NCBI GenBank assembly: GCA_030390025.1
Contig: CM059431.1
Coordinates: 137,890,001 to 137,954,000 of the forward strand
Origin: Squalus acanthias
Lineage: Eukaryota
DNA length: 64,000 bases
Reading direction: 5' to 3'
Numbering within the stretch: position 1 is the stretch's first letter; each line of letters begins with the position of its first letter. The notes beneath the pieces are model-generated. The model made no database searches. It was not told where the DNA came from and saw nothing but the letters and a program-made list of their open reading frames with translations. A program made the position numbers and the translations under genes. Shown here piece by piece: positions 9,301 through 24,300 of this stretch.

Positions 9301-12300
9301 TGTTTCTAGCTTTGGACCTCCACTGTTTCTAGCTTTGGACCAACACTGTTTCTAGCTTTGGACCTTCACTGTTTCTGGCTTTGGACCTTTACTGTTTCTG
9401 ACATTCGACCTTCACTGTTTCCAGCTTTGGATCTCCACTGTTTCCAGCTTTGGACCTTCACTGTTTCTAGCTTTGGACCTCCATCATTTCTAGCTTTGAA
9501 CATTCAGTGTTTCGTGCTTTGGACCTTCACTGTTTCTAGCTTTGGACCTCCATTGCTTCTAGCTTTGGACCTCTACTATTTCAAGCTTTGGACCAACACT
9601 GTTTCTAGCTTTGGACCTTCACTGTTTCTAGCATTGGAACAACACTGTTTCTAGCTTTTGAACTTCACTGTTTCTAACTTTGGACCTTCACTGTTTCCAG
9701 CTTTGGACCTCCACTGTTTCTAGCTTTGGACCTCCAATGTTTCTAGCTTTGGAACTCCACTGTTTCTAGATTTGGAACTTCACTATTGCTGGCTTTGGAT
9801 CTCCACTCTTTTTAGCTTTTGACGTCCACTGTTTCTAGCTTTGTACCTACACTTTTTCTAGCTTTCGCCCTTCATTCTCTCTAGCTGTGGACCTCCACTG
9901 TTTCAATCTTTGGACCTCCACTGTTTCTAGCTTTGGACCTCCACTGTTTCTAGCTTTGGACATTCACTGTTTCTAGATATAGAACTTCACTATTTCTGGC
10001 TTTGGATCTCCACGCTTTCTAGCTTTGAACCTCCACTGTTTTTAGCTTTGTACCTTCACTGTTTCTAGCTTTGGCCCTTCACTCTCTCTAGCTGTGGACC
10101 TCTACTATTTCTAGCTTTGGACCGACACTGATTCTAGCTTAGTATCTCCAAGCTTTCTAGCTGTGGACCTCCACTGTTTCTAGCTTTGGAGCTCCACTCT
10201 TGCTGGCTTTGAAGCTCCACTCTTTCTAGCTTTGGACCTTCTCTGTCTCTAGCTTTGGACCTCCACTGTTTCTAGCTTTCGACCTTCACTGTTTCTGGCT
10301 TTGGACCTTCACTGTTTCTAGCTTTGGACCAACACTGTTTCTAGCTTTCGACCTTCACTGTTTCTAGCTTTGAACATTCACTGTTTCTAGCTTTGGACAT
10401 CCACTGTTTTTAGCATTGGACCTCCACTGTTTCTAGCTTTGGACCAACACTGTTTCTAGCTTTGGACTTTCACTGTTTCTAACTTTGGACCTTCACTGTT
10501 TCTAGCTTTGGACCTCCACTGCTTCTAGCCTTGGACCTCCACAGTTTCTAGCTTTGGACCTCCACTGTTTCTAGCATTGGATCTCAACTGTTTCTAGCTT
10601 TGGACCTTCACTGTTTCTAGCTTTGGAACTTCACTGTGTCTAGCTTTGGATCTCCACTGTTTCTAGCTTTGGACCTCCACTGTTTCTAGCTTTGGACCTT
10701 CGCTGTTTCTAGCTTTGGATCTCCACTGTTTCTAGCTTGGGAACTTCACTGTTTCTAGCTTTGGAACTTCACTGTTTCTAGCTTTAGATCTTCACTGTTT
10801 TCAGCTTTGGACCTTCACCGTTTCTAGATTTGAACCTCCACTTTTTCTAGCTTTGGACCTTCATTGTTTCTAGCTTTGGAACTCCACTGTTTCTAGCTTT
10901 GGATCTTCACTCTTTCTAGTTTTGGACCTCCACAGTTTCCAACTTTGAACCTTCACTGTCTCTAGCTTTGGATCTACACAGTTTCCAACTTTGGACCTCC
11001 GCTATTTCTAGATTTGGACCTTCACTGTTTCTAGCTTTGGACCTTCACTGTTTCAAGCTTTGGACATCCACTGTTTGTGGCATTGGACCTCCTCTGTTTC
11101 TAGCTTTGGACCAACACTGTTTCGAGCTTTGGACCTTCACTGTTTCTAACTTTGGACCTTCACTGTTTCTAGCTTTGGACCTCCACTGCTTCTAGCTTTG
11201 GACCTCCACTGTTTCTAGCTTTGGACCTTCACTGTTTCTAGCTTTGGACCTCCACTGTTTCTAGAATTGGATCTCAACTGTTTCTAGCTTTGGACCGTCA
11301 CTGTTTCTAGCTTTGGAACTTCACTGTTTCTAGGTTTGAATCTCCACTGTTTCTAGCTTTGGAACTTCGCTGTTTCTAGCTTTGGATCTCCACTGTTTCT
11401 AGCTTTGGACCTTCATTGTTTCTAGCTTTGGACCTCCACTGTTTGTAGCTTTGGACCTTCACTCTTTCTAGTTTTGGACCTCCACAGTTTCCAACTTTGG
11501 ACCTTCACTGTTTCTAGCTTTGGACCTCCACAGGTTCCAACTTTGAAACTCCGCTCTTTCTAGATTTGGACCTTCACTGTTTCTAGCTTTAGACCTCCAC
11601 TGTTTCTAGCTTTGGACCTCCACTGTTTCTAGAATTGGATCTCAACTGTTTCTAGCTTTGGACCTTCACTGTTTCTAGCTTTGGAACTTCACTGTTTCTA
11701 GCTTTGGAACTTCGCTGTTTCTAGCTTTGGATCTCCACTGTTTCTAGCTTTGGACCTTCATTGTTTCTAGCTTTGGATCTCCACTGTTTCTAGCTTTGGA
11801 CCTTCATTGTTTCTAGCTTTGGACATCCACTGTTTTTCGCATTGGACCTCCAATTATTCTAGCTTTGGACCTTCACTGTTTCTAACTTTGGACCTTCACT
11901 GTTTCTAGCTTTGGACCTCCACTGCTTCTAGCTTTGGACCTCCACAGTTTCTAGCTTTGGACCTCCACTGTTTCTAGCATTGGATCTCAACTGTTTCTAG
12001 CTTTGGAACTTCACTGTTTCGAGCTTTGGATCTCCACTGTTTCTAGATTTGGACCTCCACTGTTTCTAGTTTTGGACCTTCATTGTTTCTAGCTTTCGAC
12101 CTCCACTGTTTCTAGCTTTGGACCTTCACTCTTTGTAGTTTTGGACGTCCACAGTTTCCAACTTTGAAGCTTCACTGTTTCTAGCTTTGGACCTACACAG
12201 TTTCCAACTTTGGACCTCCGCTATTTCTAGATTTGGACCTTCACTGTTTCTAGCTTTTGACCTTCACTGTTTCTAGCTTAGGACCAACACTGTTTCTAGC

Positions 12301-15300
12301 TTTCGACCTTCACTGTTTCAAGCTTTGGACATCCACTGTTTGTGGCATTGGACATCCTCTGTTTCTAGCTTTGGACCAACACTGTTTCTAGCTTTGGACC
12401 TTCACTGTTTCTAACTTTGGACCTTCACTGTTTCTAGCTTTGGACCTCCACTGCTTCTAGCTTTGGACCTCCACTGTTTCTAGCTTTGGACCTTCACTGT
12501 TTCTAGCTTTGGACGTCCACTGTTTCTAGAATTGGATCTCAACTGTTTCTAGCTTTGGACCTTCACTGTTTCTAGCTTTGGAACTTCACTGTTTCTAGGT
12601 TTGGATCTCCACTGTTTCTTGCTTTGGAACTTCGCTGTTTCTAGCTTTGGATCTCCACTGTTTCTAGCTTTGGACCTTCATTGTTTCTAGCTTTGGACCT
12701 CCACTGTTTCTAGCTTTGGACCTTCACTCTTTCTAGTTTTGGACCTCCACAGTTTCCAACTTTGGACCTTCACTGTTTCTAGCTTTGGACCTCCACAGGT
12801 TCCAACTTTGAAACTCCGCTCTTTCTAGATTTGGACCTTCACTGTTTCTAGCTTTGGACCTCCACTGTTTCTAGCTTTGGACCTCCACTGTTTCTAGAAT
12901 TGGATCTCAACTGTTTCTAGCTTTGGACCTTCACTGTTTCTAGCTTTGGAACTTCACTGTTTCTAGCTTTGGAACTTCGCTGTTTCTAGCTTTGGATCTC
13001 CACTGTTTCTAGCTTTGGACCTTCATTGTTTCTAGCTTTGGATCTCCACTGTTTCTAGCTTTGGACCTCCACTGTTTCTAGCATTGGATCTCAACTGTTT
13101 CTAGCTTTGGACCTTCACTGTTTCTAGCTTTGGACCTTCACTGTTTCTAACTTTGGACATTCACTGTTTCTAGCTTTGGACCTCCACTGCTTCTAGCTTT
13201 GGACCTCCACAGTTTCTAGCTTTGGACCTCCACTGTTTCTAGCATTGGATCTCAACTGTTTCTAGCTTTGGACCTTCACTGTTTCTAGCTTTGGAACTTC
13301 ACTGTTTCTAGCTTTGGACATCCACTGTTTTTCGCATTGGACCTCCAATTATTCTAGCTTTGGACCAAAACTGTTTCTAGCTTTGGACCTTCACTGTTTC
13401 TAACTTTGGACCTTCACTGTTTCTAGCTTTGGACCTCCACTGCTTCTAGCTTTGGACCTCCACAGTTTCTAGCTTTGGACCTCCACTGTTTCTAGAATTG
13501 GATCTCAACTGTTTCTAGCTTTGGACCTTCACTGTTTCTAGCTTTGGATCTCCACTCTTTCTAGCTTTGGACCTCCAATGTTTTTAGATTTGTACCTTCA
13601 CTGTTTCTAGCTTTGGCCCTTCACTCTCTCTCGCTTTGGACCTCTGCTGTTTCTAGCTTTGGACCGTCACTGTCTCTAGCTTAGTATCTCCACGCTTTCT
13701 AGCTGTGGACCTCCACTGTTTCAAGCTTTGGAGCTCCACTCTTGCTGGATTTGGAGCTCCACTCTTTCTAGCTTTGGACTTTCTCTGTCTCTAGCTTTGG
13801 ACCTTCACTGTTTCTAGCTTAGGACCAACACTGTTTCTAGCTTTCGACCTTCACTGTTTCAAGCTTTGAACATTCACTGTTTCTAGCTTTGGACCTCCAC
13901 TGCTTCTTGCTTTGGACCTCCACTGTTTCTAGCTTTGGACCTTCACTGTTTCTAGCTTTGGAACTTCACTGTTTCCAGCTTTGGACCTCCACTGTTTCTA
14001 GCGTTGGACCTTCATTGTTTCTAGCTTTGGACCTCCACTGTTTCTAGAATTGGATCTCAACTGTTTCTAGCTTTGGACCTTCACTGTTTCTAGCTTTGGA
14101 ACGTCACTGTTTCTAGCTTTGGATCTCCACTGTTTCTAGCTTTGGAACTTCGCTGTTTCTAGCTTTGAATCTCCACTGTTTCTAGCTTTGGACCTTCATT
14201 GTTTCTAGCTTTGGACCTCCACTGTTTCTAGCTTTGGACCTTCACTCTTTCTAGTTTTGGACCTCCACAGTTTCCAACTTTGGACCTTCACTGTTTCTAG
14301 CTTTGGACCAATACTGTTTCTAGCTTTGGACCTCCACTGTTTCTAGCTTTGGACCAATACTGTTTCTAGCTTTGGACCTCCGCTATTTCTAGCTTTGGAC
14401 CTTCTTTGTTTCTAGCTTTGGACCTCCAATGTTTCTAGCTTTGGACCAACACTGTTTCTAGATTTGCACCAACACTCTTTCTAGCTTTGCACCAACAATG
14501 TTTCTAGCTTTGGACCTCCACTGTTTCCAGCTTTGGACCTCCACTGTTTCTAGCTTTGGAGCAACACTATTTCTAGCTTTGGACCTTCACTGTTTCTGGC
14601 TTTGGACCTTCACTGTTTCTTACATTCGACCTTCACTGTTTCCAGCTTTGGATCTCCACTGTTTCCAGCTTTGGACCTTCACTGATTCTTGCTTTGGACC
14701 TCCATCATTTCTAGCTTTGAACATTCACTGTTTCCAGCTTTGGACCTTCACTGTTTCTAGCTTTGGACCTCCATTGCTTCTAGCTTTGGACCTCTACTGT
14801 TTCAAGCTTTGGACCAACACTGTTTCTAGCTTTGGACCTTCACTGTTTCTAGCTTTGGACCAACACTATTTCTAGCTTTTGAAATTCACTGTTTCTAACT
14901 TTGGACCATCACTGTTTCCAGCTTTGGACCTCCACTGTTTCTAGCTTTGGACGTCCACTGTTTCTAGTTTTGGACCTCCACTGTTTCTAGATTTGGAACT
15001 TCACTATTTCTGGCTTTGTATCTCCACTCTCTCTAGCTGTGGACCTCCACTGTTTCAAGCTTTGGACCTCCACTGTTTCTAGCTTTGGACCTCCACTGTT
15101 TCTAGCTTTGGGCCTTCACTGTTTCTCGATATGGAACTTTACTATTTCTGGCTTGTATCTCTACTCTTTCTAAGTTTGGACCTCCACTTTTTCTAGCTTT
15201 GGACCTCCACTGTTTCTAGCTTTGGACCAACACTGTTTCTAGCTTTGGACCTTCACTGTTTCTAGCTTTGGACCAACACTGTTTCTAGCTTTGGAACTTC

Positions 15301-18300
15301 ACTGTTTCTAACTTTGGACCTTCACTGTTTCCAGCTTTGGACCTCCACTGTTTCTAGCTTTGGACCTCCATTGTTTCTAGCTTTGGACCTCCACTGTTTC
15401 CAGATTTGGAACTTCACTATTTCTGGCTTTGGATCGCCACTCTTTCTAGCTTTGGACGTCCACTGTTTCTAGCTTTGTACCTTCACTTTTTCTAGCTTAG
15501 GCCCTTCACTCTCTCTAGCTGTGGACCTCTACTGTTTCAAGCTTTGGACCTTCACTGTTTCTGGCTTTGGACCATCACTGTTTCTTACATTCGACCTTCA
15601 CTGTTTCCAGCTTTGGATCTCCACTGTTTCCAGCTTTGGACCTTCACTGTTTCTAGCTTTGTACCTCCATCATTTCTAGCTTTGAACATTCACTGTTTCC
15701 AGCTTTGGACGCTCACTGTTTCTAGCTTTGGACCTCCATTGCTTCCAGCTTTGGACCTCTACTGTTTCAAGCTTTGGACCAACACTGTTTCTAGCTTTGG
15801 ACCTTCACCGTTTCTAGCTTGGGATAACACTGTTTCTAGCTTTTGAACTTCACTGTTTCTAACTTTGGACCATCACTGTTTCCAGCTTTGGACCTCCACT
15901 GTTTCTAGCTTTGGACCTCCACTGTTTCTAGCTTTGGACCTTCATAGTTTCTAGATTTGGAACTGCACTATTTCTGGCTTTGGATCTCCACTCTTACTAG
16001 CTTTGGACGTCCACTGTTTCTAGCTTTGTACCTTCACTTTTTCTAGCTTTGGCGCTTCACTCTCTCTAGCTGTGGACCTCCACTGTTTCAAGCTTTGGAC
16101 CTCCACTGTTTCTAGCTTTGGACCTCCACTGTTTCCAGTTTTGGACCTTCACTGTTTCTAGATTTGGAACTTCACTATTTCTGGCTTTGTATCTCCACTC
16201 TTTCTAGCTTTGGACGTCCACTGTTTGTAGCTTTGTACCTTCACTTTTTCTAGCTTTGGCGCTTCACTCTCTCTAGCTTTGGACCTCCACTGTTTCTAGC
16301 TTTGGACCAACACTGTTTCTAGCTTTGGACCTTCACTGTTTCTGGCTTTGGACCTTCTCTGTTTCTTACATTCGAACTTCACTGTTTCCAGCTTTGGACG
16401 TCCACTGTTTCTAGCTTTGTACCTTCACTTTTTCTAGCTTTGGCGCTTCACTCTCTCCAGCTGTGGACCTCCACTGTTTCAAGCTTTGGACCTCCACTGT
16501 TTCTAGCTTTGGACCTCCACTGTTTCCAGTTTTGGACCTTCACTGTTTCTAGATTTGGAACTTCACTATTTCTGGCTTTGTATCTCCACTCTTTCTAGCT
16601 TTGGACGTCCACTGTTTCTAGCTTTGTACCTTCACTTTTTCTAGCTTTGGCACTTCACTCTCTCTAGCTTTGGACCTCCACTGTTTCTAGCTTTGGACCA
16701 ACACTGTTTCTAGCTTTGGACCTTCACTGTTTCTGGCTTTGGACCTTCTCTGTTTCTTACATTCGACCTTCACTGTTTCCAGCTTTGGACCTCCATTGCT
16801 TCTAGCTTTGGACCTCTACTTTTTCAAGCTTTGGACCAACACTGTTTCTAGCTTTGGACCTTCACTGTTTCTACCTTTGGACCAACAGTGTTTCTAGTTT
16901 TGAAACTTCACTGTTTCTAACTTTGGACCTTCACTGTTTCCAGCTTTGGACCTCCACTGTTTCTAGCTTTGGACCTCCAATTTTTCTAGCTTTGGACCTT
17001 CACTATTTCTGGCTTTGGATCTCCACTCTTTCTAGCTTTGGACGTCCACTGTTTCTAGCTTTGTACCTTCACTTTTTCTAGCTTTGGCCCTTCACTCTCT
17101 CTAGCTGTGGACCTCCACTGTTTCAAGCTTTGGACCTCCACTGTTTCTAGCTGTGGACCTCCACTGTTTCTAGCTTTGGACCTCCACTGTTTCTAGCTTT
17201 GGACCTTCACTGTTTCTAGATATGCAACTTCACTATTTCTGGTTTTGGATCTCCACTCTTTCTAGCTTTGAACCTCCAATGTTTTTAGCTTTGTACCTTC
17301 ACTGTTTCTAGCTTTGGCCCTTCACTCTCTCTAGCTGTGGAACTCTACTGTTTCTAGCTTTGGACCGTCACTGTTTCTAGCTTAGTATCTCCACTCTTTC
17401 TAGCTTTGGACCTCCAATGTTTTTAGCTTTGTACCTTCACTGTTTCTAGCTTTGGCCCTTCACTCTCTCTAGCTGTGGACCTCCACTGTTTCAAGCTTTG
17501 GACCTCCACTGTTTCTAGCTTTGGACCTCCACTGTTTCTAGCTTTGGGCCTTCACTGTTTCTCGATATGGAACTTTACTATTTCTGGTTTGTATCTCTAC
17601 TCTTTCTAAGTTTGGACCTCCACTTTTTCTAGCTTTGGACCTCCACTGTTTCTAGCTTTGGACCAACACTGTTTCTAGCTTTGGACCTTCACTGTTTCTA
17701 GCTTTGGACCAACACTGTTTCTAGCTTTGGAACTTCACTGTTTCTAACTTTGGACCTTCACTGTTTCCAGCTTTGGACCTCCACTGTTTCTCGCTTTGGA
17801 CCTCCATTGTTTCTAGCTTTGGACCTCCACTGTTTCCAGATTTGGAACTTCACTATTTCTGGCTTTGGATCGCCACTCTTTCTAGCTTTGGACGTCCACT
17901 GTTTCTAGCTTTGTACCTTCACTTTTTCTAGCTTAGGCCCTTCACTCTCTCTAGCTGTGGACCTCTACTGTTTCAAGCTTTGGACCTTCACTGTTTCTGG
18001 CTTTGGACCTTCACTGTTTCTTACATTCGGCCTTCACTGTTTCCAGCTTTGGATCTCCACTGTTTCCAGCTTTGGACCTTCACTGTTTCTAGCTTTGTAC
18101 CTCCATCATTTCTAGCTTTGAACATTCACTGTTTCCAGCTTTGGACGCTCACTGTTTCTAGCTTTGGACCTCCATTGCTTCTAGCTTTGGACCTCTACTG
18201 TTTCAAGCTTTGGACCAACACTGTTTCTAGCTTTGGACCTTCACCGTTTCTAGCTTGGGATAACACTGCTTCTAGCTTTTGAACTTCACTGTTTCTAACT

Positions 18301-21300
18301 TTGGACCATCACTGTTTCCAGCTTTGGACCTCCACTGTTTCTAGCTTTGGACCTCCACTGTTTCTAGCTTTGGACCTTCATAGTTTCTAGATTTGGAACT
18401 TCACTATTTCTGGCTTTGTATCTCCACTCTTACTAGCTTTGGACGTCCACTGTTTCTAGCTTTGTACCTTCACTTTTTCTAGCTTTGGCGCTTCACTCTC
18501 TCTAGCTGTGGACCTCCACTGTTTCAAGCTTTGGACCTCCACTGTTTCTAGCTTTGGACCTCCACTGTTTCCAGTTTTGGACCTTCACTGTTTCTAGATT
18601 TGGAACTTCACTATTTCTGGCTTTGTATCTCCACTCTTTCTAGCTTTGGACGTCCACTGTTTCTAGCTTTGTACCTTCACTTTTTCTAGCTTTGGCGCTT
18701 CACTCTCTCTAGCTTTGGACCTCCACTGTTTCTAGCTTTGGACCTCCACTTTTCTAGCTTTGGACCTCCACAGTTTCTAGCTTTGGACCTCCACTGTTTC
18801 TAGCATTGGATCTCAACTGTTTCTAGCTTTGGACCTTCACTGTTTCTAGCTTTGGAACTTCACTGTTTCTAGGTTTGGATCTCCACTGTTTCTAGCTTTG
18901 GAACTTCGCTGTTTCTAGCTTTGGATCTCCACTGTTTCTAGCTTTGGACCTTCATTGTTTCTAGCTTTGGACCTCTACAGTTTCCAACTTTGGAACTTCA
19001 CTGTTTCTAGCTTTGGACCTCCACAGGTTCCAACTTTGAAACTCCGCTCTTTCTAGATTTGGACCTTCACTGTTTCTAGCTTTGGACCTCCACTGTTTCT
19101 AGCTTTGGACCTCCACTGTTTCTAGCTTTGGACCAACACTGTTTCTAGCTTTGGACCTTCACTGTTTCTGGCTTTGGACCTTTACTGTTTCTGACATTCG
19201 ACCTTCACTGTTTCCAGCTTTGGATCTCCACTGTTTCCAGCTTTGGACCTTCACTGTTTCTAGCTTTGGACCTCCATCATTTCTAGCTTTGAACATTCAG
19301 TGTTTCGTGCTTTGGACCTTCACTGTTTCTAGCTTTGGACCTCCATTGCTTCTAGCTTTGGACCTCTACTATTTCAAGCTTTGGACCAACACTGTTTCTA
19401 GCTTTGGACCTTCACTGTTTCTAGCATTGGAACAACACTGTTTCTAGCTTTTGAACTTCACTGTTTCTAACTTTGGACCTTCACTGTTTCCAGCTTTGGA
19501 CCTCCACTGTTTCTAGCTTTGGACCTCCAATGTTTCTAGCTTTGGAACTCCACTGTTTCTAGATTTGGAACTTCACTATTGCTGGCTTTGGATCTCCACT
19601 CTTTTTAGCTTTTGACGTCCACTGTTTCTAGCTTTGTACCTACACTTTTTCTAGCTTTCGCCCTTCATTCTCTCTAGCTGTGGACCTCCACTGTTTCAAT
19701 CTTTGGACCTCCACTGTTTCTAGCTTTGGACCTCCACTGTTTCTAGCTTTGGACATTCACTGTTTCTAGATATAGAACTTCACTATTTCTGGCTTTGGAT
19801 CTCCACGCTTTCTAGCTTTGAACCTCCACTGTTTTTAGCTTTGTACCTTCACTGTTTCTAGCTTTGGCCCTTCACTCTCTCTAGCTGTGGACCTCTACTA
19901 TTTCTAGCTTTGGACCGACACTGATTCTAGCTTAGTATCTCCAAGCTTTCTAGCTGTGGACCTCCACTGTTTCTAGCTTTGGAGCTCCACTCTTGCTGGC
20001 TTTGAAGCTCCACTCTTTCTAGCTTTGGACCTTCTCTGTCTCTAGCTTTGGACCTCCACTGTTTCTAGCTTTCGACCTTCACTGTTTCTGGCTTTGGACC
20101 TTCACTGTTTCTAGCTTTGGACCAACACTGTTTCTAGCTTTCGACCTTCACTGTTTCTAGCTTTGAACATTCACTGTTTCTAGCTTTGGACATCCACTGT
20201 TTTTAGCATTGGACCTCCACTGTTTCTAGCTTTGGACCAACACTGTTTCTAGCTTTGGACTTTCACTGTTTCTAACTTTGGACCTTCACTGTTTCTAGCT
20301 TTGGACCTCCACTGCTTCTAGCCTTGGACCTCCACAGTTTCTAGCTTTGGACCTCCACTGTTTCTAGCATTGGATCTCAACTGTTTCTAGCTTTGGACCT
20401 TCACTGTTTCTAGCTTTGGAACTTCACTGTGTCTAGCTTTGGATCTCCACTGTTTCTAGCTTTGGACCTCCACTGTTTCTAGCTTTGGACCTTCGCTGTT
20501 TCTAGCTTTGGATCTCCACTGTTTCTAGCTTGGGAACTTCACTGTTTCTAGCTTTCGAACTTCACTGTTTCTAGCTTTAGATCTTCACTGTTTTCAGCTT
20601 TGGACCTTCACCGTTTCTAGATTTGAACCTCCACTTTTTCTAGCTTTGGACCTTCATTGTTTCTAGCTTTGGAACTCCACTGTTTCTAGCTTTGGACCTT
20701 CACTCTTTCTAGTTTTGGACCTCCACAGTTTCCAACTTTGAACCTTCACTGTCTCTAGCTTTGGATCTACACAGTTTCCAACTTTGGACCTCCGCTATTT
20801 CTAGATTTGGACCTTCACTGTTTCTAGCTTTGGACCTTCACTGTTTCAAGCTTTGGACATCCACTGTTTGTGGCATTGGACCTCCTCTGTTTCTAGCTTT
20901 GGACCAACACTGTTTCGAGCTTTGGACCTTCACTGTTTCTAACTTTGGACCTTCACTGTTTCTAGCTTTGGACCTCCACTGCTTCTAGCTTTGGACCTCC
21001 ACTGTTTCTAGCTTTGGACCTTCACTGTTTCTAGCTTTGGACCTCCACTGTTTCTAGAATTGGATCTCAACTGTTTCTAGCTTTGGACCGTCACTGTTTC
21101 TAGCTTTGGAACTTCACTGTTTCTAGGTTTGAATCTCCACTGTTTCTAGCTTTGGAACTTCGCTGTTTCTAGCTTTGGATCTCCACTGTTTCTAGCTTTG
21201 GACCTTCATTGTTTCTAGCTTTGGACCTCCACTGTTTGTAGCTTTGGACCTTCACTCTTTCTAGTTTTGGACCTCCACAGTTTCCAACTTTGGACCTTCA

Positions 21301-24300
21301 CTGTTTCTAGCTTTGGACCTCCACAGGTTCCAACTTTGAAACTCCGCTCTTTCTAGATTTGGACCTTCACTGTTTCTAGCTTTAGACCTCCACTGTTTCT
21401 AGCTTTGGACCTCCACTGTTTCTAGAATTGGATCTCAACTGTTTCTAGCTTTGGACCTTCACTGTTTCTAGCTTTGGATCTCCACTCTTTCTAGCTTTGG
21501 ACCTCCAATGTTTTTAGATTTGTACCTTCACTGTTTCTAGCTTTGGCCCTTCACTCTCTCTCGCTTTGGACCTCTGCTGTTTCTAGCTTTGGACCGTCAC
21601 TGTCTCTAGCTTAGTATCTCCACGCTTTCTAGCTGTGGACCTCCACTGTTTCAAGCTTTGGAGCTCCACTCTTGCTGGATTTGGAGCTCCACTCTTTCTA
21701 GCTTTGGACTTTCTCTGTCTCTAGCTTTGGACCTTCACTGTTTCTAGCTTAGGACCAACACTGTTTCTAGCTTTCGACCTTCACTGTTTCAAGCTTTGAA
21801 CATTCACTGTTTCTAGCTTTGGACCTCCACTGCTTCTTGCTTTGGACCTCCACTGTTTCTAGCTTTGGACCTTCACTGTTTCTAGCTTTGGAACTTCACT
21901 GTTTCCAGCTTTGGACCTCCACTGTTTCTAGCGTTGGACCTTCATTGTTTCTAGCTTTGGACCTCCACTGTTTCTAGAATTGGATCTCAACTGTTTCTAG
22001 CTTTGGACCTTCACTGTTTCTAGCTTTGGAACGTCACTGTTTCTAGCTTTGGATCTCCACTGTTTCTAGCTTTGGAACTTCGCTGTTTCTAGCTTTGAAT
22101 CTCCACTGTTTCTAGCTTTGGACCTTCATTGTTTCTAGCTTTGGACCTCCACTGTTTCTAGCTTTGGACCTTCACTCTTTCTAGTTTTGGACCTCCACAG
22201 TTTCCAACTTTGGACCTTCACTGTTTCTAGCTTTGGACCAATACTGTTTCTAGCTTTGGACCTCCACTGTTTCTAGCTTTGGACCAATACTGTTTCTAGC
22301 TTTGGACCTCCGCTATTTCTAGCTTTGGACCTTCTTTGTTTCTAGCTTTGGACCTCCAATGTTTCTAGCTTTGGACCAACACTGTTTCTAGATTTGCACC
22401 AACACTCTTTCTAGCTTTGCACCAACAATGTTTCTAGCTTTGGACCTCCACTGTTTCCAGCTTTGGACCTCCACTGTTTCTAGCTTTGGAGCAACACTAT
22501 TTCTAGCTTTGGACCTTCACTGTTTCTGGCTTTGGACCTTCACTGTTTCTTACATTCGACCTTCACTGTTTCCAGCTTTGGATCTCCACTGTTTCCAGCT
22601 TTGGACCTTCACTGATTCTTGCTTTGGACCTCCATCATTTCTAGCTTTGAACATTCACTGTTTCCAGCTTTGGACCTTCACTGTTTCTAGCTTTGGACCT
22701 CCATTGCTTCTAGCTTTGGACCTCTACTGTTTCAAGCTTTGGACCAACACTGTTTCTAGCTTTGGACCTTCACTGTTTCTAGCTTTGGACCAACACTATT
22801 TCTAGCTTTTGAAATTCACTGTTTCTAACTTTGGACCATCACTGTTTCCAGCTTTGGACCTCCACTGTTTCTAGCTTTGGACGTCCACTGTTTCTAGTTT
22901 TGGACCTCCACTGTTTCTAGATTTGGAACTTCACTATTTCTGGCTTTGTATCTCCACTCTCTCTAGCTGTGGACCTCCACTGTTTCAAGCTTTGGACCTC
23001 CACTGTTTCTAGCTTTGGACCTCCACTGTTTCTAGCTTTGGGCCTTCACTGTTTCTCGATATGGAACTTTACTATTTCTGGCTTGTATCTCTACTCTTTC
23101 TAAGTTTGGACCTCCACTTTTTCTAGCTTTGGACCTCCACTGTTTCTAGCTTTGGACCAACACTGTTTCTAGCTTTGGACCTTCACTGTTTCTAGCTTTG
23201 GACCAACACTGTTTCTAGCTTTGGAACTTCACTGTTTCTAACTTTGGACCTTCACTGTTTCCAGCTTTGGACCTCCACTGTTTCTAGCTTTGGACCTCCA
23301 TTGTTTCTAGCTTTGGACCTCCACTGTTTCCAGATTTGGAACTTCACTATTTCTGGCTTTGGATCGCCACTCTTTCTAGCTTTGGACGTCCACTGTTTCT
23401 AGCTTTGTACCTTCACTTTTTCTAGCTTAGGCCCTTCACTCTCTCTAGCTGTGGACCTCTACTGTTTCAAGCTTTGGACCTTCACTGTTTCTGGCTTTGG
23501 ACCATCACTGTTTCTTACATTCGACCTTCACTGTTTCCAGCTTTGGATCTCCACTGTTTCCAGCTTTGGACCTTCACTGTTTCTAGCTTTGTACCTCCAT
23601 CATTTCTAGCTTTGAACATTCACTGTTTCCAGCTTTGGACGCTCACTGTTTCTAGCTTTGGACCTCCATTGCTTCCAGCTTTGGACCTCTACTGTTTCAA
23701 GCTTTGGACCAACACTGTTTCTAGCTTTGGACCTTCACCGTTTCTAGCTTGGGATAACACTGTTTCTAGCTTTTGAACTTCACTGTTTCTAACTTTGGAC
23801 CATCACTGTTTCCAGCTTTGGACCTCCACTGTTTCTAGCTTTGGACCTCCACTGTTTCTAGCTTTGGACCTTCATAGTTTCTAGATTTGGAACTGCACTA
23901 TTTCTGGCTTTGGATCTCCACTCTTACTAGCTTTGGACGTCCACTGTTTCTAGCTTTGTACCTTCACTTTTTCTAGCTTTGGCGCTTCACTCTCTCTAGC
24001 TGTGGACCTCCACTGTTTCAAGCTTTGGACCTCCACTGTTTCTAGCTTTGGACCTCCACTGTTTCCAGTTTTGGACCTTCACTGTTTCTAGATTTGGAAC
24101 TTCACTATTTCTGGCTTTGTATCTCCACTCTTTCTAGCTTTGGACGTCCACTGTTTCTAGCTTTGTACCTTCACTTTTTCTAGCTTTGGCGCTTCACTCT
24201 CTCTAGCTTTGGACCTCCACTGTTTCTAGCTTTGGACCAACACTGTTTCTAGCTTTGGACCTTCACTGTTTCTGGCTTTGGACCTTCTCTGTTTCTTACA